NCBI GenBank assembly: GCA_002085445.1
Contig: NBMI01000153.1
Coordinates: 1-38,566 of the forward strand
Reading direction: 5' to 3'
Source: Candidatus Parabeggiatoa sp. nov. 2
GTDB taxonomy: Bacteria > Pseudomonadota > Gammaproteobacteria > Beggiatoales > Beggiatoaceae
Length of the DNA: 38,566 nt
Below the pieces are notes generated by a model that saw nothing but the letters and a program-made list of their open reading frames with translations, did no database searches and had not been told where the DNA came from. Made by a program: the position numbers and the translations under genes. This document shows positions 26,261 through 36,296 of this stretch, piece after piece (positions within the stretch are counted from its first letter, which is position 1; the number at the start of each line of letters is the position of its first letter).

Positions 26261-29200
26261 TTATGCCTCCATTTGGTACACAGGATAAGGCATTTTAATA
26301 CCGGCCTCTTTAAAGCGATCCCAAATGCCAAACAATACCTTGGATTTTACCTGTGCAGAATTTGCCGACTGGCTATCGATGTAATAGTCAACACGGAAAT
26401 TGACTTTGAAATCCGCAAACCCCAACAAATAGATCCCAAAAGCCTGATCATTAAGGACTTCCGGCATTTCTTCTAACACCGCCTTGATAAGGTTTTCAGC
26501 CAAATGCGGGTCACTGTCATAACTGATACCAATGTCCAAATCGGTATGCAGTACGGTGCCTTCGCCATCGCCATCGTCTTCGCCTTCATCAGTCGTGCGA
26601 CAGCCAGCCCAATTAGTAAAGAGGCCAGAAATAAGCTTTGAATTGGGGACGACGACTTTTTTACTGTCCTCCGTTTCAAGCGTCAGAGAACGAATCCCAA
26701 TTTGTATGACTGTTCCACTGTACACGATACCTCCGCCTTGGGGACTCTCAATCTCCACAAAATCGCCAACTTGTAAGGGACGTTCTACTAACAACAAAAT
26801 GCCACTCACAAAATTATCCGCGATATTTTGCATACCAAAACCGATACCAACACCGACGGCACCGGCAAACACCGCCAAGGCAGTGGGATCTATCCCAAAG
26901 GTTTTCAAGGCAATCAATAGCCCAACCAATATCACTAGATACTGAATAAATACCGACAAACTATGCCGCATTCCCGTATCACTGATCTGTATAAAGAGCC
27001 AACGATAACTGACTCGGCGAAACCAACCACCCAACCAAAACACAAGCCAAACAAGCAGGAGCGACAGTAGCACCCCAAGCACCGTGATTTTGTTACCGTT
27101 TTCAAAGGTCATAAAAGAAAAGAAAAGTACCTTTTCTATATCTTCCTTGATAGCCACATCGGAATACCCACCTGTCAGCCCCAAGACTGCTAGCACTAAA
27201 GGAATCAAGTCTTCAGCCCAGAGTGAAGCAGACTGACTGTCGTCTTTTGACACCCAGTTTTTCCACAGCCCCACTAAATCATTTATAATTCCCCGCGCAA
27301 TCAACCAAGCGAACAACACCAACAGAAACAGGCTGAAATAGTGTGCCACTGTCCAACCCAGAGGAATGTAGCCCGTCATCCCTAATATCGAAACCACCAG
27401 AATAATGCTCGGCAATAATAAGCTGATAAGGTTAATCGCCAATAGCCAATAGCCTTTGGTATGAGTTGTTCGCATTAAGGTGAGTATAAGCAGACGCACA
27501 CGCATGAAGATGGGTATGATCAAAACCAACAACACCATGAACAAAGTGTCAACCAGATCGCGGGCCGTTAAAGAAAGCCCAACTTGCCCTTCAGACTCAT
27601 GATGGACCAATGCGGTGATAACGATCAATAGGCCTAAGACAATAATAGTCCAACGCACTTGCCGAGAGAGCTTGCTCATGTCTTGGGATTTGAACTCAGA
27701 AGCCGATAATAACAACCCAGACAAGTCAATAAGCAGTTTGCCACCTAACCAAGTCAATAACAGAATCAGGGCGACAAGGGTGCTTAAGTGATTCGGTTGT
27801 GTCAGCCAGATGAGCAGTAAAAACACACCCGTGACAGTAATGGTTACAGTATTCTTCTGCCACAGACGTAATCCTACCAGCAAGAGAGAGGGAAATCCCT
27901 CCATGCCCCCGCCGCCGAGGGAGGGGAGTTTTGGTGTGTTAAAAACAGAGGGGGAGGAACCTTTCCCCAAGTGTTTGAGCAAACTACCGCGTTTCTCTAC
28001 AGAATCCGAGGTTTTGAATATTCGCTTAGCCCAAGCACTTAGCCCAATCACTAAACTTAACCAAACCAGCATAACAAGGCCGATGATAAGCCAGCGTTGC
28101 TTGCTGGCTTGTTGAAAGGCTTGCCAAAAACCGCGCCCAGTGTGTTGTGAATGCTGTATGACAATACTCGGTATCGTGCCGATTTCTTTGAGTAAACTCC
28201 ACCATTCCACGGCACTGTTGGGCAAATCTCGCTGTCTCAACAGGGCCCGGTGCATGTTTTCTCTATAGACCTTTTCAAGCCGCTTGAGCAACTCGTCTCC
28301 TTTCTTCAGCAAAGGCCGCACTTGGTCTAATTCTTGCCGCAAGACGTTCTTGAGTTGTGTCAAGAGTTTTTGAGCTTGGGTATTCTTGCTCAACGCTTGA
28401 CCGCTCAATATTCCGCCCTGCTCTTTAACCACCTCCTGTTGTTTTTCCAAGGCCGCCATTTTATTTTCCAGCAGGGTTTGCAATGCTTGGAGATCTAATA
28501 TGAAGGTGTTGAGCTCGGTGATAACGGCTTTGGTATTGTCAAGTTTACTTTGAGAGATGTCCGTCGTTTCTTGTCGCTCCTCGGCCATTTTTTCCCACTG
28601 ACGGAATTGATCTCGGATATGCCGAATATTTAATTGACGCACAGCCCTTTGAGCAAATTCATTGGCCCCTTGAATCTCGACTCCCAGCAGATAACGTTGA
28701 GCAGAGTTTTTCTCCAAAGCGGGTATCAAGTCCAATTTATGGCGTAATTCAGCGGCCAGATCCAGATAACGCTGTTGCTCCTGTTGGATCTGCTTTTCTA
28801 ACTCTTGCTTTTGGCGGAGATGATACACCGCTTGCAATTTATCGTACCACTGTGTCGCAAGCGCTAACCGTTTCTTGGCTTGTTCAATGCGCTGTGTAAC
28901 AACATCAAGCTGTTGTTGTTCCAATTCCAGTGCCTTTTTTTGCAGTTTAATGTCATTCTCAAACACGGCAATTCTTTTCTCGTGCAAAGGCAATTGTTCT
29001 GGTTCAACCGGTGGCGTTTTGCGGATATTTTCCAGTTTTTCCTCTTGTTCCTTGAGGTGCTTGGTTTGATTGTCCAAATTGGTTTTGGCACTTTGGCGTT
29101 CTAAATCCAGATTTTTGACATCAACCTCCACCTTTTGCTTATCCAAGGCCGCTTTTTCAAACCGTTCTTTTAACATATCAACCGTCGATTCTGCGGTTTC

Positions 29201-29923
29201 CAGAGCGGCGATTTTATTGGGCAGATCGCTCTGCGCGGCCTGCAAAGTTTCTTTATGGCGAACCAGTGCCGCTTGGTTATCGGTTATTGCCTGTTCCCGT
29301 TCTTTAAGCATATGCGTTTGATGCAGCGTTTGCAATTGACTATGCCACTCTATAGCGACAAGCGTTTGCTTGATGGCCTGTTCAGTCTGCGTCTTAAGCA
29401 GTTCGAGATATTGTTGTCCAAGTTCAACGGCCGGTTTGTACAAGGCTACGTCCTTCTCAACCGCAGTTCTTTCCTTATTTTGAGCCACGGTTAGTTCAGC
29501 ACGCGGAAATTGGCTGAGTTTTTGTAACGTCGTTTGTAATTCCGTGAGACGTGCGGAATGTTTATCCAGACTGTCTTGAACATTTTTGCGTTCCACACGC
29601 AGTTCTTCGACTTTCTGGTTAGCAGTCTGCCGTTCCTTGGCCGCTTTTTCCAACATTTGTTGGGTGATCTTTTCAGTTTTTGCCAAACTGTCGATTCTCT
29701 TCTGGAGCGTTTGCTCTTCAGCTTGCAACGCTTTGCGAGCCTTTTTTAGCGCAGCTTGTGCTTTTGTTATCTGCGCTTTCCGCTCTTTAATCCATTGCGG
29801 TGTCACAGTGCTGGCGGCATCGGTGGTTTCAGGATTAGCCACCGATTGTTCTGCATGTGCCGGTAAGCCAACTATGCTTACGTACACAAATAAACAATAC
29901 ACCATAAATTTGAATAAAGACAT
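26261..29923 (-). CDS. mscK: MscK/KefA-like mechanosensitive channel (MscS family) with a large periplasmic coiled-coil N-domain
   Basis: Signal peptide; ~500-aa coiled coil; ~11 TM helices; C-terminal MscS core GVGIGFGMQNIADNFVSGILLLVERPLQVGDFVEI...GTVIQIGIRSLTLETEDSKKVVVPNSKLISG. Confidence 0.85.
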   Translation of the reverse strand: MSLFKFMVYCLFVYVSIVGLPAHAEQSVANPETTDAASTVTPQWIKERKAQITKAQAALKKARKALQAEEQTLQKRIDSLAKTEKITQQMLEKAAKERQTANQKVEELRVERKNVQDSLDKHSARLTELQTTLQKLSQFPRAELTVAQNKERTAVEKDVALYKPAVELGQQYLELLKTQTEQAIKQTLVAIEWHSQLQTLHQTHMLKEREQAITDNQAALVRHKETLQAAQSDLPNKIAALETAESTVDMLKERFEKAALDKQKVEVDVKNLDLERQSAKTNLDNQTKHLKEQEEKLENIRKTPPVEPEQLPLHEKRIAVFENDIKLQKKALELEQQQLDVVTQRIEQAKKRLALATQWYDKLQAVYHLRQKQELEKQIQQEQQRYLDLAAELRHKLDLIPALEKNSAQRYLLGVEIQGANEFAQRAVRQLNIRHIRDQFRQWEKMAEERQETTDISQSKLDNTKAVITELNTFILDLQALQTLLENKMAALEKQQEVVKEQGGILSGQALSKNTQAQKLLTQLKNVLRQELDQVRPLLKKGDELLKRLEKVYRENMHRALLRQRDLPNSAVEWWSLLKEIGTIPSIVIQHSQHTGRGFWQAFQQASKQRWLIIGLVMLVWLSLVIGLSAWAKRIFKTSDSVEKRGSLLKHLGKGSSPSVFNTPKLPSLGGGGMEGFPSLLLVGLRLWQKNTVTITVTGVFLLLIWLTQPNHLSTLVALILLLTWLGGKLLIDLSGLLLSASEFKSQDMSKLSRQVRWTIIVLGLLIVITALVHHESEGQVGLSLTARDLVDTLFMVLLVLIIPIFMRVRLLILTLMRTTHTKGYWLLAINLISLLLPSIILVVSILGMTGYIPLGWTVAHYFSLFLLVLFAWLIARGIINDLVGLWKNWVSKDDSQSASLWAEDLIPLVLAVLGLTGGYSDVAIKEDIEKVLFFSFMTFENGNKITVLGVLLSLLLVWLVFWLGGWFRRVSYRWLFIQISDTGMRHSLSVFIQYLVILVGLLIALKTFGIDPTALAVFAGAVGVGIGFGMQNIADNFVSGILLLVERPLQVGDFVEIESPQGGGIVYSGTVIQIGIRSLTLETEDSKKVVVPNSKLISGLFTNWAGCRTTDEGEDDGDGEGTVLHTDLDIGISYDSDPHLAENLIKAVLEEMPEVLNDQAFGIYLLGFADFKVNFRVDYYIDSQSANSAQVKSKVLFGIWDRFKEAGIKMPYPVYQMEA

Positions 29924-29934
29924 ATAGCCTCCAA

Positions 29935-30185
29935 ATAATAGACTTTAGACCGTTTTCATCCTTGCTTATATTCAATCCTTGTAGAGTACAACTAATTACG
30001 CGGATAAACGAATTAACGAGTGAAGTAAGTACAACTAATTACGCGGATAAACGAATTAACTAATGAAGTAAGTACAACTAATTACGCGGATAAACGAATT
30101 AACGAGTGAAGTACAACTAATTACGCGGATAAACGAATAAACAGGTGGATTGTGTCGCTCAATTCGTTTATTTCTCCATCAAAGT
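29935..30185. repeat. Tandem array of ~43-bp units (32-bp core gtacaactaattacgcggataaacgaattaac plus 7-11-bp linkers) x3.5, then a degenerate copy
   Basis: Read directly; the core is the family-B element. Confidence 0.85.
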
Positions 30186-30262
30186 ACTCGACTTTCTCCA
30201 TTCGTTGTACTACAGTTTAACATCTTTTCCACTCGCTACTTTATCACATTGGAGCCATTTTA

Positions 30263-30589
30263 ATGAGTACAATTCCTGTTATTGTTGACGAAGAAGCAGA
30301 AGCCAAACCAAAATCAGGCACACTGGGCGGTGGCAGACTTAGCCCTAAAAAAGGGGGGCGACTTAAACACATTGATACTGATGTGTTACGTGCTTCACTT
30401 GAGACACTTTCTACGCAGGTTGCTGAGATGTTACAGGATATTCAAAAAGAATTTGGCGGCTTCAAGCTCAAAGAAGTACAATTACAAGTTGAAGTGAATG
30501 CGGAAGGCGGTGTTGCGCTTATCGGTACGGCAAAAGCCGGCACTACTCGCGGCATTACCCTTACCTTTGCCACCGATTCAGATAAATAG
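30263..30589 (+). CDS. Small Trypco2-like (trypsin-co-occurring domain 2-like) protein, 108 aa
   Basis: C-terminal pattern FGGFKLKEVQLQVEVNAEGGVALIGTAKAGTTRGITLTF (alternating hydrophobic beta pattern with Gly-rich turn) resembles the Trypco2 domain of NTP-dependent conflict systems; RBS ggag. Confidence 0.55.
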   Translation: MSTIPVIVDEEAEAKPKSGTLGGGRLSPKKGGRLKHIDTDVLRASLETLSTQVAEMLQDIQKEFGGFKLKEVQLQVEVNAEGGVALIGTAKAGTTRGITLTFATDSDK

Positions 30590-31585
30590 CGCATCAAGCC
30601 GTCAATTCGTTATCCCTCAATTAGACTTGACACCGAACGAGGCAAAACTTTTTCGCTTAAAAAACGGATTCCGAGTTCACAATTTGCGCTTTTGTCATCT
30701 TATTGGGCGGTATACAGATTTCTCAAGTTCAAGTTCAAGTTCCCTCACTGAGTCGGGATCGTCTGGATCGTCCCCACTGACAAAAAAGCTTAAGGATGGC
30801 GATGCTCAGTATAAAACCTCCAAGGTTGATCTCGCTTGCGGAAGTTACTTCGTTTGATAAACCTCGGAGTTTGCCCGAATGAAATATGAAATATGAAATA
30901 TGAAAATTTGTAAATGACTAAATTGAACAATAATTCAATGACTTATTTCGCATGTTGGCTGTTTCACGAATTTAAAGTACGTTATGAGAAATGAAAAATG
31001 ACAAATTGTAAATAATGCGAATTAAGGGTTGAATTAATTATTATGAAATCAAGGATTTATAAAAACTTCTGATTGAGAAGTTATAGAAAAAATCTAACGC
31101 ACGCAAATGACGCTTGCATGCGCCGCGCATAATTTAGATATCTCTTGCGTCAAAGCGCGTCAAAGCGCGTTTATTTTATAGCCCATTCAATCGAGATGCT
31201 CTCGTTGTAATAAAACACCTACAAAAAGTCTGGCTAATGAGTTATTTCGCATGTTGGCCGTTTCACGATTTTAAAGTACGTTCCTTATGTAATATAACTC
31301 GTGGAGTTTCGCTCTCTCAGTGCAAGGCTTCAGCCTTGCACTTTACTTACAAACCAATGTACTATTGATAACTGATAACTAATATACTCAACATAGGCAT
31401 AACTTGGATTTCCTGGTAGATACACAGGCTATATTAATATCGCCCCGTTGGGGCTTTTCGTATTTTTGTTTCTCAAAAAGTCCTTTTCAGGCTAAAGTTT
31501 TTCTCCGAAAAACTTTATGAAAATTTGTTCCCTTCTTGGGTATAACTAATAATTTATCACAAATATTTGATAACTGATAACTGAC

Positions 31586-32074
31586 ATGCACCCACTCAGC
31601 GTTTTTATAGACGATCTCCGTCAAAAAGAAGACTGGTTTGTGCCCACGCTGCACGACTATCACCGTATTAATCTCGCATTACAAGCCGGGGGCGAATGGA
31701 AAATCACCCAATTGCGGGATATGTTAGCAGCCCTGTTAGTCAAAACGCCAGAGCAAGACATGATTTTTCAGCGGCGTTTTAAAGAATTTTTTTATCTGCA
31801 TGTTCCAGCGGAATTGAGTAAAGTGGATGTGCAACGTGCGCAGGATTTAGGCTCACCGTTTGAACAAACGAAAGTGCCCCTTGGACAACAAAATAATGAT
31901 CAACAAATATCCGAACCAAACCCTGTCAATGAGAATAAAAATTCATCAGGAACTGATGTCGGAGACTTAACGAGTCCAAGAGTCAAATGGTTTAAAAGAA
32001 AGTATGCCCTTTTAGGGCTAATAGGCATTACTTTTGGGTTTATTATTTGGTTAATCGTGTGGGTATTGACATGA
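31586..32074 (+). CDS. Hypothetical protein with C-terminal TM helix, 162 aa
   Basis: ORF with C-terminal helix ALLGLIGITFGFIIWLIVWVL; no recognisable domain; weak RBS. Confidence 0.4.
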   Translation: MHPLSVFIDDLRQKEDWFVPTLHDYHRINLALQAGGEWKITQLRDMLAALLVKTPEQDMIFQRRFKEFFYLHVPAELSKVDVQRAQDLGSPFEQTKVPLGQQNNDQQISEPNPVNENKNSSGTDVGDLTSPRVKWFKRKYALLGLIGITFGFIIWLIVWVLT

Positions 32075-32339
32075 ATACATTAGTTCTATCAACGAGCGCA
32101 TTCCCATTTTCCGGGTACTTTGTTAATAACGATGGCGATTATATTATCGATAAGGATTGATAAAAGTCAATTTTTCTGTTGAGTACTTGAGTACAACGAC
32201 ACAAGCGGGCCGATAAACGAATAATTAAAACGAGCTATTAGACATGAATGGTTCAATAAATGCTTCGGTTTTGTTCGCTTTTTGAGAAGAGGATTAATCG
32301 GTGGATTTTATTTAATTCTGATAAAGCAATATAGGCGTT

Positions 32340-32670
32340 CCAGAACGAAGTTTGGCGTTCCAGAACGAAGTTTCGTTGTACTAAATTCGTTAATCCGCGT
32401 AATTCGTTGTACTAAATTCGTTAATCCGCGTAATTCGTTGTACTAAATTCGTTAATCCACGTAATTCGTTGTACTTAATTCGTTAATCTGCGTAATTAGT
32501 TGTACTAAATTCGTTAATCCGCGTAATTCGTTGTACTAAATTCGTTAATCCACGTAATTCGTTGTACTCAATTCGTTTATCCGCGTAATTCGTTGTACTT
32601 AATTCGTTTAGGAGCAATATAGGCGTTCCATAACGAAGTTTGGCGTTCCATAACGAAGTTTTGTTGTACT
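32340..32670. repeat. 31-bp tandem array (ttcgttgtactaaattcgttaatccgcgtaa) x~7.5, flanked on both sides by a duplicated 23-bp doublet gcaatataggcgttccaKaacgaagttt
   Basis: Read directly; the array is 32384..32620. Confidence 0.9.
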
Positions 32671-32746
32671 TACTTAACCGTGAAAACGGAAATGCGCCCC
32701 TATCAACTCTTTACAAAATTATCTTGAGCCTCTAACGAGAGACAAC

Positions 32747-35017
32747 ATGGAAAACTTTTTATATATTGCTATTGCTATTGCTATCGCTATTGTTATCTCT
32801 ATTGCTAGAATTCGCTTGTTAGTTTTTATCAAATGGGCATGTGTGAAGCTACGACTATGCACACCTGAACAGGAAAATGTGGATCCGCCCCCACCCCCAC
32901 CTGATCAAACAATCGGCCCTAAGTGGAATAGTTCTAAGCCTCGTTTATTTTCATTAGGCAAAGTGGGGGGTAAGCCAAGTCCGCGTTTGTCGCCGCAGGT
33001 TTTGGATTCCTTAGCTCATTCAATGGGTTATTTTGACGATAGCCAAGGCCGTAAGCGGCTTGATATAAACAATACTATCAAAGCCAGTGTGCAAAAGGGC
33101 ATACCTGAATTGATTTATTATCCTGATAAACAACTACGCACCGTGCTGGTTTTAGAAGATGCGTTTGCTAAACCCTTACGCTGGAATCCCATTGCCAGCG
33201 AATTAGCCAAAGGACTCAAGCAACGCGGCATCTCTGTGTTGTATGGCAAATTTTACGGTTCACTCAACCAATTTAGTACACCGCAAAATCAACTTTACCA
33301 CTTGAAAGATTTAGAATGGGAAGCGCACTCTTATTTTCTTTTGATATTCAGTGATGGCAAAATATTAAATTACCATAGGGACAGTTCAACTTTAAAAGCA
33401 TTATCAAATTGGCCCAAAGTCGCTTGGATGGAACTACGCGAGCCTCGCTCATGGGATGAAAGTGCGGCCCTACCTAGCCACTTTGGTTTGCCTATTTACC
33501 CTGCGACTAGCGAGGGTTTATTACAAGTCATAGGCGGGTTTTTGAATGAAGACGAAACGCGGCCAGAGGATTTTAAACATCGGGCTATTAATGCCCGCGG
33601 AATACCACCACGATTAGGCCGTAATCTCAATACCTATGTAGAAGAATTATTAGGCGATGCGTTCCGTTGGGCGCAATGTTGTGCGCTGCTGCAACCGGTG
33701 AGTCTGGGATTGGCGGATGCGTTGCGCCGGAAGTTTTGCTCAAAATTACCAGCGGCGCGTATTGAACGGTTATTTATATTGCCCAATACCACTGAGACTG
33801 TTAATGGGTTATACTTTTCCAAACCCGTCTTAGCCGTTTTACGGGCTGCCTTTCAAAGACGCTTTAGTGAAAGCGAACAAGAACAAGTTCTAAGGTTTAT
33901 ATTAGAAAAACTCAAAGAAGTTGAACCAACAGATGAAGAAAGTCTGGCACATTTGGCATGGGAATGGCGTTGGCAACAAATTAAACTTGAACTTAATCCC
34001 GATGACGCTTTACAACAGCTTGAAGAACTAGCCGAAACGCCATTAGGGGATGCCATTCGGGCCGAATTACAAAACATTTCCCTACCACCTAAAAATGGCC
34101 TAATTACACCTAATCCTGAGCAGATTCCATTACGGCTTAGGCCTAAAACTGAAATCGCGTTGCAGCAGCTACAACATCTTACCGGACGTAATCTTCTCGA
34201 AGAATCAGAACAACCACTACCAGTAATCATTCTTCCCAAGAGGAGGTGGAAAACCTTCCGCGACAAACTGAAAGACGGCGGTAAGGGTCCAGAAATGGTG
34301 TGGATACCGGCCGGGCGGTTTCGTATGGGTGATATTCAGGGCGGTGGCCGTGATAATGAGCAACCCGTGCATGATATCTATGTAGGTAGCTTTGCGATGG
34401 GACGCTATCCGGTGACTTTTGCGGAGTATGACCGTTTTGCCAAAGCCACGGGTAGAGAAATACCCGATGATGAAGGTTGGGGGCGGGACAATCGCCCAGT
34501 GATTATTGTCTCTTGGTATGATGCAATCGCTTATACTGAATGGTTGACTCAACAAACTGGCAAACACTATCGCTTACCCACTGAAGCTGAGTGGGAATAT
34601 GCGGCACGAGCAAGAACGGAGACTAAGTATTGGTGGGGCGATGATATCGGCACTAATCGGGCTAATTGTTCGGGCAGTGGTAGTCGATTCAGTGGTAAAA
34701 AAACGGCTCCCGTGGGTTCTTTTAAACCTAATCCCTTTGGGTTATATGACACAGTGGGCAACGTTTGGGAATGGACGTGTTCAGAATATGAGGAAAAATA
34801 TCGTGGTAAGGAAACCGAATGCATAAGCAAAAATAATGCAAAAAATAATAAAAAGACTAAGCTCGTCTTTCGGGGCGGTAGCTTCCATAAGAATGAACGA
34901 CAGTGGAGAAAAATAGATTCTCGTTTGACGTACCGTGGCAAAACCGAGCCGTATAAGGTCTTCCAAAATTTAGGCTTTCGGATTGTTAGGGTATATACGG
35001 AGAAGACTGAAAACTAG
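32747..35017 (+). CDS. Membrane protein with poly-Pro linker, a central domain of unknown function and a C-terminal FGE-sulfatase (SUMF1/FGS) domain
   Basis: N-terminal TM helix (encoded partly by a (GCTATT)n repeat), then PPPPPPD. C-terminal EMVWIPAGRFRMGD...NEQPVHDIYVGSFAMGRYPVTFAEYDRF...VSWYDAIAYTEWL...RLPTEAEWEYAAR...GNVWEWTCSEY...RGGSF...RLTYRG matches the FGE-sulfatase fold signature. Confidence 0.8.
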   Translation: MENFLYIAIAIAIAIVISIARIRLLVFIKWACVKLRLCTPEQENVDPPPPPPDQTIGPKWNSSKPRLFSLGKVGGKPSPRLSPQVLDSLAHSMGYFDDSQGRKRLDINNTIKASVQKGIPELIYYPDKQLRTVLVLEDAFAKPLRWNPIASELAKGLKQRGISVLYGKFYGSLNQFSTPQNQLYHLKDLEWEAHSYFLLIFSDGKILNYHRDSSTLKALSNWPKVAWMELREPRSWDESAALPSHFGLPIYPATSEGLLQVIGGFLNEDETRPEDFKHRAINARGIPPRLGRNLNTYVEELLGDAFRWAQCCALLQPVSLGLADALRRKFCSKLPAARIERLFILPNTTETVNGLYFSKPVLAVLRAAFQRRFSESEQEQVLRFILEKLKEVEPTDEESLAHLAWEWRWQQIKLELNPDDALQQLEELAETPLGDAIRAELQNISLPPKNGLITPNPEQIPLRLRPKTEIALQQLQHLTGRNLLEESEQPLPVIILPKRRWKTFRDKLKDGGKGPEMVWIPAGRFRMGDIQGGGRDNEQPVHDIYVGSFAMGRYPVTFAEYDRFAKATGREIPDDEGWGRDNRPVIIVSWYDAIAYTEWLTQQTGKHYRLPTEAEWEYAARARTETKYWWGDDIGTNRANCSGSGSRFSGKKTAPVGSFKPNPFGLYDTVGNVWEWTCSEYEEKYRGKETECISKNNAKNNKKTKLVFRGGSFHKNERQWRKIDSRLTYRGKTEPYKVFQNLGFRIVRVYTEKTEN

Positions 35018-35297
35018 ACGTATACTGAACCTAAGTACAGAAAAAAAATTTACGCGTCATTGTAATTACTTTTTTTTATTGATTATATCAGTAATATACC
35101 TTATATAAAACTTATCAATCGATGATCAAGTTTTTAGTCTTCCAACCATAACTACAAGGATTGTATATAAGAAGGGATTTCTTATAACAAATTTCTGAGA
35201 AATTTTTAAGTAAGAAATCGAATCGATATGAGAGATATCAATTATCTCACCTAAGTCTAAATTTAGACTCTAAAAAATGAATGTCGAAAGTTTGGAG

Positions 35298-36123
35298 GTT
35301 TTCACTCGATGATCAAGTTTTTAGTCTGACAATGCACAAGGATTGTATATAATAAGGGATTTTAGAAACTAGCAGATAGGAAACTCAAATACTAAACCCT
35401 AAAAATCCGTTTATTCCCTTTCATCCTAAGTACTTTCAGTCTAAGTGCCATTAGACCCAAAACCCTCATTTTTCCCATCCCCTATCCCCACGAAGGTGAG
35501 GGGCCTTTTAACTACAACTGTGGGCCAGGTTTTGAAATGATAAGCCTTGGTTTTGTTAATGGCCCTCAATTGGCAAAGCCATTTATTAGATGGGCATAAA
35601 TTGGCAAAAGCATCGATCCGAAGTTCTTCGCTCAGTCTAACGCTTGATGGTTAAAATACAACTGTGGGCCAGGTTTTGAAATGATAAGCCTTGGTTTTGT
35701 TGATGGCCCTCAATTCAAAGGCCGTTTATTAGACATGCAGACGACCAACGCTTGGCCGAAATTGGCAAAGCCATCGATCCGAAGTTCTTCGCTTTCGCGT
35801 TGATTGTTACAGCAAACCGAGAGATTGATTACCACCGTTTAGTAAGTTCTTGCGGCTCAGGTATTTAACCTTTGGCAACTTGAATGAGGCCTTCTTGGTG
35901 ATGGCAACGTTGCCTTTTGCGTTTAAAGGTGGCTTTTGGCTAATCTTCTTGTTAGGCGAAAAACTTGATCATCGAATGAAATCAAATCTCCATTAATTAG
36001 CTATTCCCTTATCATTGCTGTATTTTAAAAAAGTTGACTGAGGTGATTTGATGCTCGTTTCGATAATCCCTTATTATATACAATCCTTGTGCATTGTCAG
36101 ACTAAAAACTTGATCATCGAGTC
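35298..36123. mobile_element. MITE-like non-autonomous element, ~826 bp, with perfect 57-bp terminal inverted repeats and no ORF
   Basis: 35298..35354 ctcgatgatcaagtttttagtctgacaatgcacaaggattgtatataataagggatt is the exact reverse complement of 36067..36123. Internal ~150-bp tandem duplication (35510..35620 / 35660..35800). A partial left-end copy lies at 35110..35175. Confidence 0.7.
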
Positions 36124-36127
36124 AAAT

Positions 36128-36180
36128 AGTTACGTCGGCAAAAGTTTCGCGGAGCGAAACTTTTGCCGACGTTGGATGTT
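36128..36180 (+). terminator. Strong hairpin (terminator-like) related to the 9364 hairpin
   Basis: cgtcggcaaaagtttcgc-ggag-cgaaacttttgccgacg, 18-bp stem, followed by ttggatgtttt. Confidence 0.5.
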
Positions 36181-36296
36181 TTCAAATTAAACACTAATGC
36201 AATTAGCCGGCCTTTTAAAAAAAATAGCCGGCCTTATTGAAAAATGACCATCACTTGTGATATAAAATTAAATTCTTTTTGTGATGAGGAAAAAAT

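Noticed and set aside
26532-26945. 137-aa plus-strand ORF and other ORFs antisense to mscK (29070..29927 region)
   Set aside because: These are antisense shadows within a strongly supported MscK-like gene, Ser/Cys-rich from reading the coiled-coil-coding strand in reverse.
30498-30857. 119-aa ORF downstream of the Trypco2-like gene
   Set aside because: The translation is low-complexity (poly-Ser, Pro/Leu runs), it overlaps microsatellite (caagtt)n, and it has no RBS.
32384-32620. Regular 31-bp tandem array resembling a CRISPR locus (also the 43-bp array at 29990..30180)
   Set aside because: There are no unique spacers (linkers are 0-11 bp and near-identical), no cas genes nearby, and the unit is a dispersed element present at many loci; these are plain tandem repeats.
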